Below the pieces are notes generated by a model, which saw only the letters and a list, made by a program, of their open reading frames with translations, ran no database searches and was not told the DNA's origin. Below, piece after piece: positions 24,329 to 38,451 of a stretch of DNA of 64,000 bases (position 1 is its first letter; each line of letters opens with the position of its first letter). The stretch lies in NCBI RefSeq assembly GCF_001194135.2, contig NC_068984.1, forward strand, positions 8,101,206 through 8,165,205, given 5' to 3'. The stretch is from Octopus bimaculoides. Taxonomy: Eukaryota. The position numbers were made by a program, and so were the translations under genes.

Positions 24329-25829
24329 CCCTGATTTAGAAGAAGAACCTGAAACCCCTGTGACCAAACAAATAAAATGGATCAAATACACTTCAAAAAA
24401 GAACGAGCAGAAACAATTTGAGGGGCATGTAGCATTTTTGCTATCCGGTTTTCCTTCGACTTCAGCTAAGTCATTCTCATTCTCACCCAATTCTTTCTTT
24501 TTTGTTATTTCGCTTGTGTTTCGCCCCCTGAAAACATTTTACTAAGTTCTTATGCAACAAGATTACAGGAATCAGAAACCCATTCTTTCGCCATATTTAT
24601 CTACATGCGTCACCTTATGCAACCGTAAAATAATCATCAGTGGCAACCTTACATAAATGTAAATTAATTATAATCCGCACATATCTCTCAGCCTATTTTT
24701 CAGTTACATCTTCATGTAAGACGCTCCTCCCTCTTCTTCCCCATCCTCCTCCTCCTTTAAATATTCAAAATGAAAATAAAAATCGCCATCAAATTTAAAA
24801 TGAATACATTTCATTTGCAAAACGAAGTATTTGAAATTTTAAAAAAATGACTCCTTTATATAACAGAAAAATACTTACATTCCATTATTCTTTTATTTAA
24901 GGAGACACTTTTAGATCTGTGAATTAGTTTTCAAAAAACTCTTTGAAAATATATAATATTCTAAATTATTTCAGAAATTCTCTAAATACTTATTTAGAAA
25001 TTTTCCCGTTGTTCAGTTTTAGTCACCTCAACCCCAGAGGTTATTTCTGTTAAGAATAATGTGTTTTGTAACTTTTGTGAGTTTTTTGTGAAGATTCCAA
25101 GTTAGATATATAACATTTCTGCTTTCCATTATTATTGAACTTTTAATTGAATTGCTTTTTGGCAATTCCTCTCTCATAAGAAATAAATAAATCACAATTA
25201 TATAAAAGATCGTTTCAAAGGTAATAGAAGAGAACGAATTATTTTTACAGGCGTGTTTTGGTCTTTATGATCAGCATTGATATTATGTTCACAACATATA
25301 TTTCATACGTTCTTTCCCATTAAGACGTTATTGAATGTTAATATCTGTTAACGATAACGTTATTGCTTTAAGTTATCAGTTATTTAACGCCCATATGATA
25401 TGTAAAGAGGAATATTAATGTCCAAAATAACGAGTTGTTATAGCGCAGTTGAATGTTTTGCGAACGAGAAATTACACATCAGTGTATTTCTCAATGAATT
25501 AACTGTTAAGTTTCTAAATGTAAAACTACAGAAAAAAAAATTACCAGAAAAATACTAGAATCAACAATCACATAGATATGTTTGCATGTGCTAATAGATG
25601 CATAGTCTAGAGAAAACAAAGCTTTTAAGACGGGCTCATGAGGTCGGAGGCTATTTAAATTTTCATGTTAGTCCGACTATACAATACTCAACGAGAACGG
25701 AACTCCAGTTCGCTGCAGGGTTGATTCCCAGGAACCACAGTTACTTATTTTCAGTTGATTGTACTAGTGAAGCGCGGAATGAAGTGCCTTGCTTAAGGAC
25801 ACTTTGTGTCGACCAAATGGAGAACTGAC

Positions 25830-26432
25830 CCGTAGGTTAGACTTAGATAGCTGTCCTAAACAGGACCCCGGTTACTGGAAACTAAACAAATCCCTCGAAT
25901 TTTATTACAACATGCCAGACTTGTCTGGACACCTACTGGCATGCATCTACACCAACTGGCAATAGAACATGAATATTCCTATTTTTGTAAGCCGAGTGGT
26001 CTCGGTGCTTTTAAGAAAGGATCTAAACAAGGGGGACTAAATAGATAACTTCTAACCGAATTAGGGAGTTAGTGCGGAGGTGGTGCCGTTAAGGATTCCA
26101 AAGTGGTAACAGGACGAAAAGTAAACCAGGACAAGTCACTCGGCCTACAGCTCATCACCTGGAGAGGCAGGTCAATGCCGCCCAACAATGTTATGGTACG
26201 TTAGACGGACGGCCCGGTGAAATTGCTAGGAGTCTGGTTTGGACCAGACCGGCAGATAGAGAGAAACTGGTGCGAGGTTACGAGCATGGTGGCTCATCTC
26301 ACCCAGTCATGGTCTGGGACGAAGCTATCCCTAAAAGGAAGGGTGGAGGTGGAAATTGTGTTCACTGCATCTGTCATCAGTTACCGCCTAACCATTGTGC
26401 CTTTCCAAGACTCGTGGCTGCTCAAGCTGGAA
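25830..26432 (+). mobile_element. Internally deleted Tx1/L1-clade ORF2 fragment
   Basis: GYWKLNKSL, YYNMPDL..LLA..YTNWQ..IP..VSR..LLRKD.NKGD, and VKLLGVWFGPD..NW.EV..W..LSLKGR..ISYRL. Confidence 0.85.
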
Positions 26433-27199
26433 TATATACAATAATATATATATATATTATTGTATATATTATTGAAGACTATGATGCTGCAACAAAAGAA
26501 GTAAATGAACAACCTTTAGAACCATGTATTTTCTGATTTGTTGGAAATCATGTTAACTCATAAACGAAACGAAATATTATATCCTAATGTATTTATCTAT
26601 AAACCCACAGTCAGTGATTTTCCATTTTTGATAGAACTAATCTTTTTGGTGTTTTTTCATTCGCTGTCATCGAATAATTTCACACTATTTTCTTATTATT
26701 TTGTTTTTTATCTCTGTTGCTTCTTTCAACTTTAGACTGACAATATATATATTCTTTCAGTTCAGTCGGTGTGTTATTTATTCAGTTAAGATATCACAGC
26801 CAGAAATAAGACATCTTCCGCTACAATTCTCTAATTGATCGATTCTGAGACTGAGACTGGAGTTGATTAACTAAACTATAAAGGAAATCAAACGAAATAG
26901 ATGCAGTAAATATTAAGTTTAAAGCTTCTGAGAAAATGGAACTGGAAAACAAAACGTAATTTCAGAAGTTATTTTTACTAATGAAGCGACACATCCATTT
27001 GGAAATTGTTCACATTATTAGATTATCAGGCTCCACTAGACTGAAGGTTAAGAAGTTTATAGTTATATTATACTTTTTCAAATCTTAACTACTCTATTAT
27101 ACAATCTGAGATAATTTCAGTAGGTTGAATTTCAATTTCCAGATTATATAGTTTTATATAATCAACTTATTAATTATATTCGCATAAATACATACATGT

Positions 27200-27259
<60 letters not shown>

Positions 27260-28569
27260 AATTGGTTGATTAAGATGAGTCTATCTTTGTATTTAACAAA
27301 GTTGAAGTTCATTGAATCTTTACATGCTTATATTTCTATTAACACACTTGAAAATTAAGTAGAGTCATAGATTTGGTAAGGCTTCTAATAACTGCTTCAG
27401 TCTATTTAGTTACACCTCTACGTTCCTATTGCATTCATCGTCCCGGGGTTGATAAGCATTATTACATCTATTAGGCAAGTTGGTTGTTAGATTCAGTATT
27501 CTCTTACGTTACTTTCCAATTTTGAATCCAACCAAAGTCAAGTTTCTATCTAGTGTTGACGGAAATTAATACATTTATAAGGATAGTAAACTGATAGATT
27601 CGCTAGAGGTTGAACAAGTCCCTCGCTGTTTTTAGTTATACATCTTTAAGTTCTGCTTTTGAATCCAACCTAGTTCAATGATCTCTCTCGTCCTCCCGCG
27701 GTTCATGGCCTAAGTACCAGCCAGGTACTACGCTGTCCTAAACATTAGAAGCCTCGTGCTTCTATTATCTATTTTAATACAGACATTTATCAGTTTACCG
27801 ATGTTTGTTTAAAACATTTCTCAGCTACTGAACCAATACAATTTATAGGACGTTACTCTTTAACTATTTCATTTATTTACCAATTTATTTACACTCGTAA
27901 TTTTCTAGTCTTTTATTAATTCTTTGAGATATTTCTACTCCATTTTCCACTTTTCGTGATCTATGGCGACATTTAATGAAAAAAATGTTATAAAACAAAA
28001 ACCCAACAAGCAGCAAAAAGAAGAGAGTATAGTCAACAAATCAAATTATATATTTTAATTTATTGGTTCGATCACGTCTTAATTTAACCTACAAAAGATA
28101 AGATTGGAATTTCATTTGTATTTCTTTTTTTATTTGCATAGTTTCAATTACACAAATTTCTATCATCTGTTTCTCATTCCAGTTTTGCCTATAATTAGCA
28201 GCGTTGGTTTTATATTCTTATATTCTTAGACTTTGAACTCTATCACCTCTCACTATGTTCTTCACTATTTTGGTTCTGTTTTGTATTTTAATATACTTGA
28301 CTTTCACCAAAATCTTTTCTCCTTCCTCTTTATCGTATTGTCTCGCCTGTCAATATGGTTTTCTTTCAATAATGAACGGCGATTGGAAAATGGAATTTTT
28401 TAATAAAATCTCCTTGTTCTTTTAATAAGAATTTTACTATTTCCTCGTCAATGTCATCAATGTCTCGTATAGTTTACAGTGTATCAATAGAATGTATTCT
28501 TCAATATACTTTGTCAGATTCTTGTTAATTGTTATTTATAATACTATATCTTATTAAATATTACTGAGA

Positions 28570-28995
28570 AAGCGGAGAACAGGAAGAATCGTAAACAGAC
28601 CCAGATAAAACGCTTGGCCGTATTTCGTCCCAAATTACGTTCTGAGTGAAAATTCCAGTGAGGTTAATTTTTGCCCTTCCTCCTTCGGGGTAGATGAAAT
28701 AAGCACTTGTTGAGTAGTTGGGTTGATGCCATTGAAATGCTGGCCTTTTACTATAATTTGAGGCCATTGTTAAATATTAGATTAAGTTGGTGAGATCGTA
28801 GAATAGTTACCGCGTCGAAACAAAACGCTAAGCAACATTCTTTTCCGTTTTTTCAAGTTCTCTGTTCAAATTCCACCGAATTCGACTTTGCAATTCAAAC
28901 AATTGGGGTCGATTAAATAAGTTTTAGTTGATAACTCGGGTAGTTAAGTAAACTCCTCCACTAAAGGTGCTGGCCTCGTGCCGAAATTTGAAAGA
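28570..28995. mobile_element. Two diverged SINE family B copies in divergent (head-to-head) orientation
   Basis: Minus copy at ~28570-28770 and plus copy at ~28785-28995, both with the GTTCAAATTCC..GAGG..TTTGC..GGGGTCGAT body. Confidence 0.6.
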
Positions 28996-29399
28996 ATTAT
29001 TATGTACTAGAGCGTTACTTGTAATATGATCGGGTACATTTGGAAGTATACTTTTGCCACCATGGTTAATATCAGGAGATATGGCATGCAGACAATATTT
29101 ATAATTTCACTTTTATCAAAATTGTTGGTGCTTATACAAAATGATGAAATGAATATAAATTCTCAAAAGAAAAATATTTATTACCAACATCAAAAAACTC
29201 CTCGTTTGTGTATTTGTAATAAAACTGTGTTACTACATTTATCACCGTAATCACCAGCTACTCCATTAAAAACCTTTCTCTGCAACGTAGTAAAGCGGCT
29301 GGCTTTGCAAGTAGGAGTATGTTTGTTGTTGAGTTTAAGTGAAGGGAAGACAAGTAGAGAGAAATATTGAAATACATAGAAATAATCACCAAGCTCAAA

Positions 29400-30230
29400 G
29401 ACACACACACACACGCACACACACACACACACTCACACTCACACACACAATCACACACACACACAATCACACACACACACACTCACACACACACACTCAC
29501 ACACACACACAATCACACACACACACACACTCACACACACACACACACACTCACATACACACACTCACACACACACAAATACACACACTCACACACACAC
29601 GCATACACTCACACACACACTCACACACACACACACTCACACACACACACACACATACACACACTCACACACACACACGCATACACTCACAAACACACTC
29701 ACACACACATACACTCACACACATACTCACACAAACACACTCACTCACACCCACTCACACACCCACTCACACACCCACTCACACACAAATTCACACACAC
29801 ACACACTCACACACACACATTCACACGCACACATACACTCACACACACACATACACTCACACACACACATTCACACACACACACACACACTCACACACAC
29901 ACACATTCACACACACACACATTCACACACACGCGCACACACACTCACTCACACACACATATAGCTATAGTAAAAGACAGTTGNNNNNNNNNNNNNNNNN
30001 NNNNNNNNNNNNNNNNNNNNNNNNNNNNNNNNNNNNNNNNNNNNNNNNNNNNNNNNNNNNNNNNNNNNNNNNNNNNNNNNNNNNNNNNNNNNNNNNNNNN
30101 NNNNNNNNNNNNNNNNNNNNNNNNNNNNNNNNNNNNNNNNNNNNNNNNNNNNNNNNNNNNNNNNNNNNNNCACACACACTCATACACACACACACACACA
30201 CTCATACACACACACTCACACACACACGCA

Positions 30231-30266
<36 letters not shown>

Positions 30267-30273
30267 CACACAC
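29400..30273. repeat. Long degenerate (CA)n/(CACT)n array with an internal N gap
   Basis: Seen directly. The HT-rich ORFs here are artefacts of this array. Confidence 0.97.
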
Positions 30274-30679
30274 ATGCATACTGAGATTCACTGAAAGAAA
30301 AACATTGCAGCTAAAAATATATAATCTGTTTTCTGTTTTCCCGTGCCCCACACAAATACCCGATCAGCCCCAACCCATCACATATTTGCGATCTTCTTAG
30401 ACGACAATGGTCTATTCCATCCTATAAACGATATTGTGTTTATCCGAATTTTAAAACCAGTTGGCTTCATGTGAGCTGACAGATATAGCAATCAGATAAC
30501 TAGGAAGACGGTGTATATACATATATGGCTTTTAATGACATGGATTCAACCCTGCACAAGGTACAATGTTACGTTGCCCTTTAAACAGGATAACGTAGCG
30601 TTTTCATGCTACAAAAGTTATTACCACAAAACACTGTGAAGGTCAGCATATTCCCAGATCTACTGAAAGATTTAGCAAC

Positions 30680-31200
30680 TAAAAGAACACAAGCAGAAAA
30701 GAAGTAGCAGAGCGGAAGCTAAAATTACAAATCTGTTTCTCGTACATTCTACAAACTGAGATTATATATAAGATTGTCCGAAAAAGAATACATCTGTATT
30801 TTGAGGAAAACTGCATCTTAAATGGTCCACAGTATGGTGTTTGACAGGCTGAGGCTGTCTGGTAAAACGATCTCCTTAACAATCTTATAAGAGATATGGA
30901 TATTGCCTGCATATACCTCGAATGTGTTTAAAGTTTTGAACAACGTGGATCACGAAATTCATCTGTTGTTGATTGAGGCATCTTAGTATCGCACGAAATC
31001 AGGTTCCATGTCTTTGATCTTTTGCTGAGTAGAAAGAAAGCCTGCTGCTACGACTGTTTCTTCTTTGGTAAAGTTACCTGTACGAGTATTAAGTTGTATA
31101 CCTCGAGGAAAGGTGTTCGGACCACATTTTGTTTATTACACTGGCAGACTCACAAGCATTCTTAGTCAATCTACATATTGGTGATAATCAAGTCACATGG
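30680..31200 (+). mobile_element. Decayed CR1-group RT fragment
   Basis: QYG, a FKVLNNVDHEI segment in the position of the KAFD.VDH motif, and IPRGKVFGP resembling GVPQGSVLGP. Many stops. Confidence 0.55.
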
Positions 31201-31335
31201 CGTGAAAACTCTCAATGGTCACCAATACTTGCTGTTGATGTCACCAGATTTAAGAATTAAGTAATGCTCACCTAACAATGGACAGACAAAGAAACTCATT
31301 TAAGAAACATCTCAATTCTTAAATAAAAGTAGACA

Positions 31336-32078
31336 GGCGCAGCGCTGGCTGTATGTAAGTAGCTTTAGGTGCAGGAGTAGCTGTGTGGTAAGTGGCTTAC
31401 TTACCAACCACATGGTTCCGGGTTCAGTCCCACTGCGTGGCACCTTGGCTGTCTGGTAAAACGATCTCCTTAACAATCTTATAAGAGATATGGATATTGC
31501 CTGCATATACCGCGTATTTGTTTAAAGTTTCGAACAACATTGATATAGCCTCGAGCCAACCAAAGCCTTGTGAGTGGATTGAAACTGAAATAAGCCCGTC
31601 GTATATATATNNNNNNNNNNNNNNNNNNNNNNNNNNNNNNNNNNNNNNNNNNNNNNNNNNNNNNNNNNNNNNNNNNNNNNNNNNNNNNNNNNNNNNNNNN
31701 NNNNNNNNNNNNNNNNNNNNNNNNNNNNNNNNNNNNNNNNNNNNNNNNNNNNNNNNNNNNNNNNNNNNNNNNNNNNNNNNNNNNNNNNNNNNNNNNNNNN
31801 NNNNNNNNNNNNNNNNNNNNNNNNNNNNNNNNNNNNNNNNNNNNNNNNNNNNGCGCGCGCGTGTGTATGTTTGTGTATCTGTGTTTGTCCCCTACCATCG
31901 CTTGACAACCGATGGTGGTGTGTTCAAATCCCCGTAACTTAGCGGTTCGGCAAAAGACACCGATAAAATAAGTACTAGGGTCACAAAGAATAAGTATTGG
32001 GGTCGATTTGCTCGACTACAGGCGGTGCTCTAGCATGGCCGCAGTCAAATGACTGAAAGAAATAAAAGAATAAAAGTA
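31336..32078 (+). mobile_element. SINE family A with duplicated head, a 92-bp foreign insertion and an N gap in its microsatellite middle
   Basis: Head GGTGCAGGAGTAGCTGTGTGGTAAG..GGGTTCAGTCCC at ~31368-31446. SINE sequence resumes at ~31544, and the 3' half lies at 31853-32078. Confidence 0.88.
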
Positions 32079-32592
32079 TAAAGACAGTAAAATTATGTGA
32101 CACTTGGAAATAAAAAAAAATATTCGCGAAAATTATGTCAACGAAGATATCTTTCTAAAGACACACCAAAAATCTAACCTCTGAATAGAGAGACAAATTA
32201 GAATGGGTCTTAAGACTCTTAGTCAAAAGAGAGTCGACTGTTTTGTTGTATTTAGTTCAGTGTAGATTAGATTACTCTTTGTAGCTTTGATCTTCAAACA
32301 GTTGGTCTTATGAAATGAACTGAGAGGCGATAAAGAAGGATCACTAGGGAAATGACTTCACCTAAAAGACTTAATTTACTAGGTACATCTATAACGCAGC
32401 CTCACTTGCCTGAGTAAGACTCAGGAGAAATTTGAAGTCCCAGTAAATGCGAAAATTTACAATAAATTCGACAGTAATTTCAACAGTCAGTTTCCATAAA
32501 TATTTTCTTATTCTCATATTTGCTTCAAATTTATAATCGGAATTTAACTGATAGACGCATACAGACACAGGCATACACACACGTGCGCACAT

Positions 32593-32644
<52 letters not shown>

Positions 32645-32887
32645 NNNNNNNNNNNNNNNNNNNNNNNNNNNNNNNNNNNNNNNNNNNNNNNNNNNNNNNN
32701 NNNNNNNNNNNNNNNNNNNNNNNNNNNNNNNNNNNNNNNNNNNNNNNNNNNNNNNNNNNNNNNNNNNNNNNNNNNNNNNNNNNNNNNNNNNNNNNNNNNN
32801 NNNNNNNNNNNNNNNNNNNNNNNNNNNNNNNNNNNNNNNNNNNNNNNNNNNNNNNNNNNNNNNNNNNNNNNNNNNNNNNNNNNNNNN

Positions 32888-32919
<32 letters not shown>

Positions 32920-33107
32920 AAACGGTGGTTTGTTTGCAGAAACCAGTGATTTGAAAATCGGTCTTTTGTCATGATTTACTCTTTTGTTGTAAAATTCCTT
33001 TTAGTTCCAACGTGCACTGAAGTTTAAACACAAAAGCCTTTTGATAAGAAAACCAATTTTTATACGAGAACTGTTAAGTAATCAGAATTGTTTTAATCAC
33101 TTCTCTC

Positions 33108-33211
<104 letters not shown>

Positions 33212-33411
33212 TGCGTGTGTGTTCATTCGTGTACCTGTATGTGTTCGTGTGTGTGCGAGTGTTCGAGCATGTGTGTGTGCGTGTCTGTAAGTCTGTGCAG
33301 TTGTGTGTAAAACTTCCCTAGTGAAAAATATTTTTGTGCTTTTACCGCCACATACACACACTCACACATATATGATTAAATGGAAAATGTATATATATAT
33401 ATATATATATA

Positions 33412-33577
33412 TACAATAAAAAGGTTTGAATGGTTCAACAATGCACTATAATACAATAAAATGGACTATATACCTGTTGTAATTTAGTTATCTATAGTCC
33501 GATGATATTTCGGAATACAATTCCTTCTTCAGAGATATTCTTAGATGGAGTCTCTGCATCGGACTATAGATAACTAA
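33412..33577 (-). mobile_element. Short PLE-terminus-type unit with hammerhead-like motif and 21-bp inverted repeat, ending in (TA)n
   Basis: Perfect inverted repeat at 33484-33504 and 33557-33577. (TA)n lies at ~33390-33412. Confidence 0.55.
33504..33533 (-). ncRNA. Minimal hammerhead-like motif with intact CUGAAGA core
   Basis: CTGAAGA-A-GGAAT(TGT)ATTCC-GAAA-TA-T-C: palindromic ATAT and AUC triplet. Confidence 0.6.
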
Positions 33578-34894
33578 TTTGAACTCAGAACGTAACGTCA
33601 GACGATATACCGCTCAGCATTTCGCCCGGCTTGCTAACGATTCTGCCAGCTCGCCGCCCTATATAAGATGAATAATATGTAGAGAAGCACGTGTATTGCA
33701 AGGAGTGACAAGCTTAGTTTAATAAAATCCATGATAAATACATTTGTGTTATCAAGATGTGAGATATGGAAAGAAGAGAATAAAACATTGACATAAAATG
33801 ATTAGCTTTTGAAATGAAATCGCAGAATTCTTGGTATTACCTGGAAGGGCTAGTGGACAAAGCTGTCAGTCTTGAAATAATTCAATGCGTTGGCTGTAAA
33901 ATGGAGAGGTGGAGAGTGAGGAAAGAGAGAGATGGAAGGGTGTGGGAGATAGACGGGGAAGTGAGAGAGAATCATAAAAGCGGCAAAATGATGTAAAATA
34001 TAATGGTTGAGTCAGATCGGTTGAATGACAGGGTCACTTGTAAATGTTATCAGGTTGGGGAAAATAGGTGACAAAAGATAAAGGGTGCGAAGTGGATTTT
34101 AACTGACTGGATTGCTTTGAGACGGATAAAGGCATTAAAAGATATTGGGGTGCATAAAGACCGGAATATCGTGAGAAGAAAATATTCTTTAAAAAATTGA
34201 AATGTCGCAATAGCAGGAATGATAGCGGAATAATGCACACACACAAACACACATAGACACACACACACACGCACGCACGCACGGGCACACAGACAGACAC
34301 ACGCACTCAGTCACGCACGCAAACACACACACACACGCACGCACGCACGCACGCACGCACACACGCACACACACCTACACGCACACACACCTACACGCAC
34401 TCACTCACACACGCACGCACGCACACACACATATACACACGCACACACACACACGCACGCACACGCACGCACACACGTACGCACGCGCACGCGCACGCGC
34501 ACACACGCACATACGCACACACGCGCGTGCACATACACACNNNNNNNNNNNNNCAAACACACACACACACGCACGCACGCACGCACGCACGCACACACGC
34601 ACACACACCTACACGCACACACACCTACACGCACTCACTCACACACGCACGCACGCACACACACATATACACACGCACACACACACACGCACGCACACGC
34701 ACGCACACACGTACGCACGCGCACGCGCACGCGCACACACGCACATACGCACACACGCGCGTGCACATACACACACACGCTCGCACACACGCACACACGT
34801 ACACGCACCGATACACCCGCACGCACGAACTCACACGCACACACACGCACGCACGCACAGACACACGCCCGCACACACAAGCATATATGTCTTT

Positions 34895-35085
34895 CACTGT
34901 TCCTCATTCGTTTCAGTGATTGCATAGCGGTCATGCTGGGGCACCACCTTCAAGAATATTTTTAAGCGTGGTACTTTTTTTCCATCGGGGACGTATACAC
35001 TTCAACACCGGTTGTCATGCAGTGGTGGGGGACAAACATAGAAACGCACAGCCGCACACATACACACAAACCTATATATATATTG
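34895..35085 (-). mobile_element. SINE family A, 3' half
   Basis: Reverse complement contains TTTGTCCCCCACC and the tail GGTGGTGCCCCAGCATG. Confidence 0.75.
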
Positions 35086-35123
35086 CACCCACGTTGGCAA
35101 TATCGTGATTTCATGTCCTAGAC

Positions 35124-35443
35124 CAAGGCGGTGAGCTGGCAAAATCGCTAGCACGATTAGCGGTATTTCGTGTGTCTTTACGTTCTGAGTTCAAATTCCG
35201 CTGAGGTCGACTTTGCCTTTTATCCTTTCGGGGTCGACAAATTAAGTACCAGTTGCGTACTGGAGTTGATCTAATCGACTGGGCCTCTCTCTAAAAATTT
35301 TGGGTCTTGAGCCTAGAGTAGAAAAGAAATCGTTAGCACGTCGAGCGAAATGCTTAGCGATATTTCGTGTGTCTTTTACGTTCTGAGTTCAATTTCCACC
35401 GAGGTCGCCTTTGCCTTTCATCCTTTCGGGGTCAATAAATTAA
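35124..35443 (+). mobile_element. Two tandem SINE family B copies, the first with the alternative tail
   Basis: Head and body are repeated at 35124-35325 and 35326-35443. The first tail reads GGCCTCTCTCTAAAAATTTTGGGTCTTGAGCCTAGAGTAGAAAAG. Confidence 0.88.
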
Positions 35444-36198
35444 TCCGTCACTGGATCTGTTGAAATCTGTAAAACTTTCCAGAAGTTTATCATTTAAATA
35501 TATATATGACCATGTCTAGATATGCACGTATATGCATGAGAATACATACGTAAAACAAAACATACACATCCGAGAGTATACATACATACATACATACATA
35601 CATTCACAAATATATACCCTGTTGATGTTGTTGAAATTCCAGTGAAAGAGCCTAGGATCTAGATTAGAAACCGGCTCTTTTTCTATTGGTATGAAATCTT
35701 GGAATAAAAATGACATACATACATACATATGTACGTACATACATACAAACATGCACACACATACACACATACGTAGACACATACATACGTGCATACATAC
35801 ATACGTACATACATACATACGTACGCACATGCATACATACATACATACGTACGTACTTCATACGTACATACGTATATAGTACATACATACATACATACAT
35901 ACGTACGTACGTCNNNNNNNNNNNNNAGTGACAACTTGAATAGTTTTGCAAACCGTCTTACGAGATGACTTGTATATCTCGTGATATTTCACGACAAATC
36001 ATATAAATATGTATTTTCTATATTGACTAGTTATGAGACCCTTTCATCTTCCTGATTTCACTCCAATAGTCAGAAAGTAATATCACACAGCATTTGTTGG
36101 GTCACTTTGCCAGATAAATACCTTACTTAGATGAACATTATTTGACTTGTACGGGCTCATGTCAATACAGACTCCCATATCAATATGCTCACACACCA

Positions 36199-36237
<39 letters not shown>

Positions 36238-36421
36238 TTCTCTCTTTCTCTCTCTCTTTCTCTCTCTCTCTTTCTCGCTCTCTTTCTCTCTCTCTCTCTC
36301 ACTCTCTCTCTCTCTCTCACTCTCTCTTTCTTTCTCTATTGTTGACTGTTCTCAGATTCTATGTTTCTTTATCGCCCTAACAAACACACATTAATACGCT
36401 ATCATATTCATGTGTGTGTGT

Positions 36422-36456
<35 letters not shown>

Positions 36457-36564
36457 CATGTGCATTTTTGGGTATTTGTACATATGTAAGCGTGTGCGTG
36501 CGTAAATATATTCATATAGACATGTATGCCCGTTCACACACACTTACACACATACAAGCACGCA

Positions 36565-36565
<1 letters not shown>

Positions 36566-36611
<46 letters not shown>

Positions 36612-36693
36612 GTATCTATCCATCTATCTATATATCTATCTTTCTCTCTCTCTCCCGCTCTCTCTCTCCATATATATATATATATATATATAT

Positions 36694-36743
<50 letters not shown>

Positions 36744-36810
36744 GGATTCTAACCCCGAACCATTTACGTCTTGTTCTCCGACTGTTTTCAACTCATTTAT
36801 ATATATATAT

Positions 36811-36861
<51 letters not shown>

Positions 36862-36918
36862 TAGATAGATAGATAGATAGATACATACATACATACATAC
36901 ATACATACATACATACAT
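36566..36918. repeat. Compound tetranucleotide arrays (TATC)n, (GATA)n, (CATA)n
   Basis: Seen directly. Confidence 0.95.
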
Positions 36919-37698
36919 AGAACTATTTATATGGACTTGTATATGCATGTATACACATGTATGTTTGTGTGAGTGTACATATATATATGTGTACGTGTGT
37001 GTGTGTGTGTGTGTGTGTGCGTGTGTACGTACACTTAAGATTCAGTTGAATTATGTCCTTAAATTGTAGCACCTTGTTAGGTCTGAGTAACATTCATACT
37101 CAACAATATTAAGTGAATATCAAACCTGTTGCATAGGAGCCGACCACATAAATTAACATCTATACCTCTTTGTTACACACTCGAAAATATATATCTATCT
37201 ATCTATCTATCTATATATATATANNNNNNNNNNNNNNNNNNNNNNNNNNNNNNNNNNNNNNNNNNNNNNNNNNNNNNNNNNNNNNNNNNNNNNNNNNNNN
37301 NNNNNNNNNNNNNNNNNNNNNNNNNNNNNNNNNNNNNNNNNNNNNNNNNNNNNTTATATATATTGCTGTTGTTAAATGCTCGAAATATGAGAGGAGAAAA
37401 ACAGCCAATAACTGATGAAGGGTCGTTCTTTATGTTGTTTGTCTTGTTTTCCATTTGTATTTTTCGTTGTTCGAAAAATATCTCCTATCCCATATACTCG
37501 TACTTCATGTTTTTTTTTTTTATTGTACACGTTTCATAACGTCCTGTGGCCACATACGCATATATCTATATATACGTAGAGATGTAGGTATGTACATATA
37601 CAAATGTATATATCCATATATGTATATTTATATATTATCTATATTATTGTATGATTGAACGCCATGCATCCTCTTCCACGTAAGTTTTATATATGTGT

Positions 37699-37743
<45 letters not shown>

Positions 37744-38121
37744 CACGTGTGTATTTATTTTGGCATATGTATACGCTGGTACACACACGCACATAGACCT
37801 AGACGTATCATTTCTTATGGAAGAGTAATGGCGAAATATCGATAAAGAGTGAGTAAACTTGAAAACAGCTCTGTGTTCTACTAAGGCACAATTGTAACTG
37901 TTTGCAAGAATATTACGTTGTTATAGCAAATAATGGCGGAACAATGGCTAAAATGGTTGATACGGACAGCAAGCAAACTTATAGCAGCTAGATAATTATT
38001 AAACTTTCAATTAGTTGCCAAATAAGATAGTGCAATCACCTGGAAAATGATATACTTGGTGGTATTAAAAGACTGATTGGGAGATGATGGAAAAGATCGG
38101 TAGATATGAAGGGTAGGCGGG

Positions 38122-38157
<36 letters not shown>

Positions 38158-38451
38158 GGGGGGGTAAAAAGACAAAGGGTGATAGAGAGGTCCAGAGACT
38201 GAGAAATCAAGGGAAGGGAAAAAGAGACAGAGAAAGAAAGAGAACAAGAAGCATGGAGGATGAAATAGAAACAAAGAGAGGAGAGAAACAGAGAGGGAGA
38301 GAGGGAGTGAGTGAGAGGAGAGAGAGAAATGGACGAAGTGGAGGAAAGGAAAGTGAAGGAAGAGTATATGGCGGAAAAGGGAGAGGGGGAGAGAAAAGGG
38401 GAAGACAAAAGTGGTAGGAGTAAAAGACGAAGACGTAAAAGAGAAAGAAGG

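Noticed and set aside
24330-24527. Charged ORF (GENENDLAEVEGKPDSK) next to the Dong tail
   Set aside because: Both strands give plausible peptides, and there is no convincing donor site.
28150-28520. Possible Tx1 ORF1-like remnant on the minus strand
   Set aside because: Only vague similarity, with no intact knuckle motif.
34320-34774. About 220-bp direct duplication across the 13-N gap at 34541-34553
   Set aside because: Near-identical sequence on both sides of a minimal gap indicates unmerged contig overlap.
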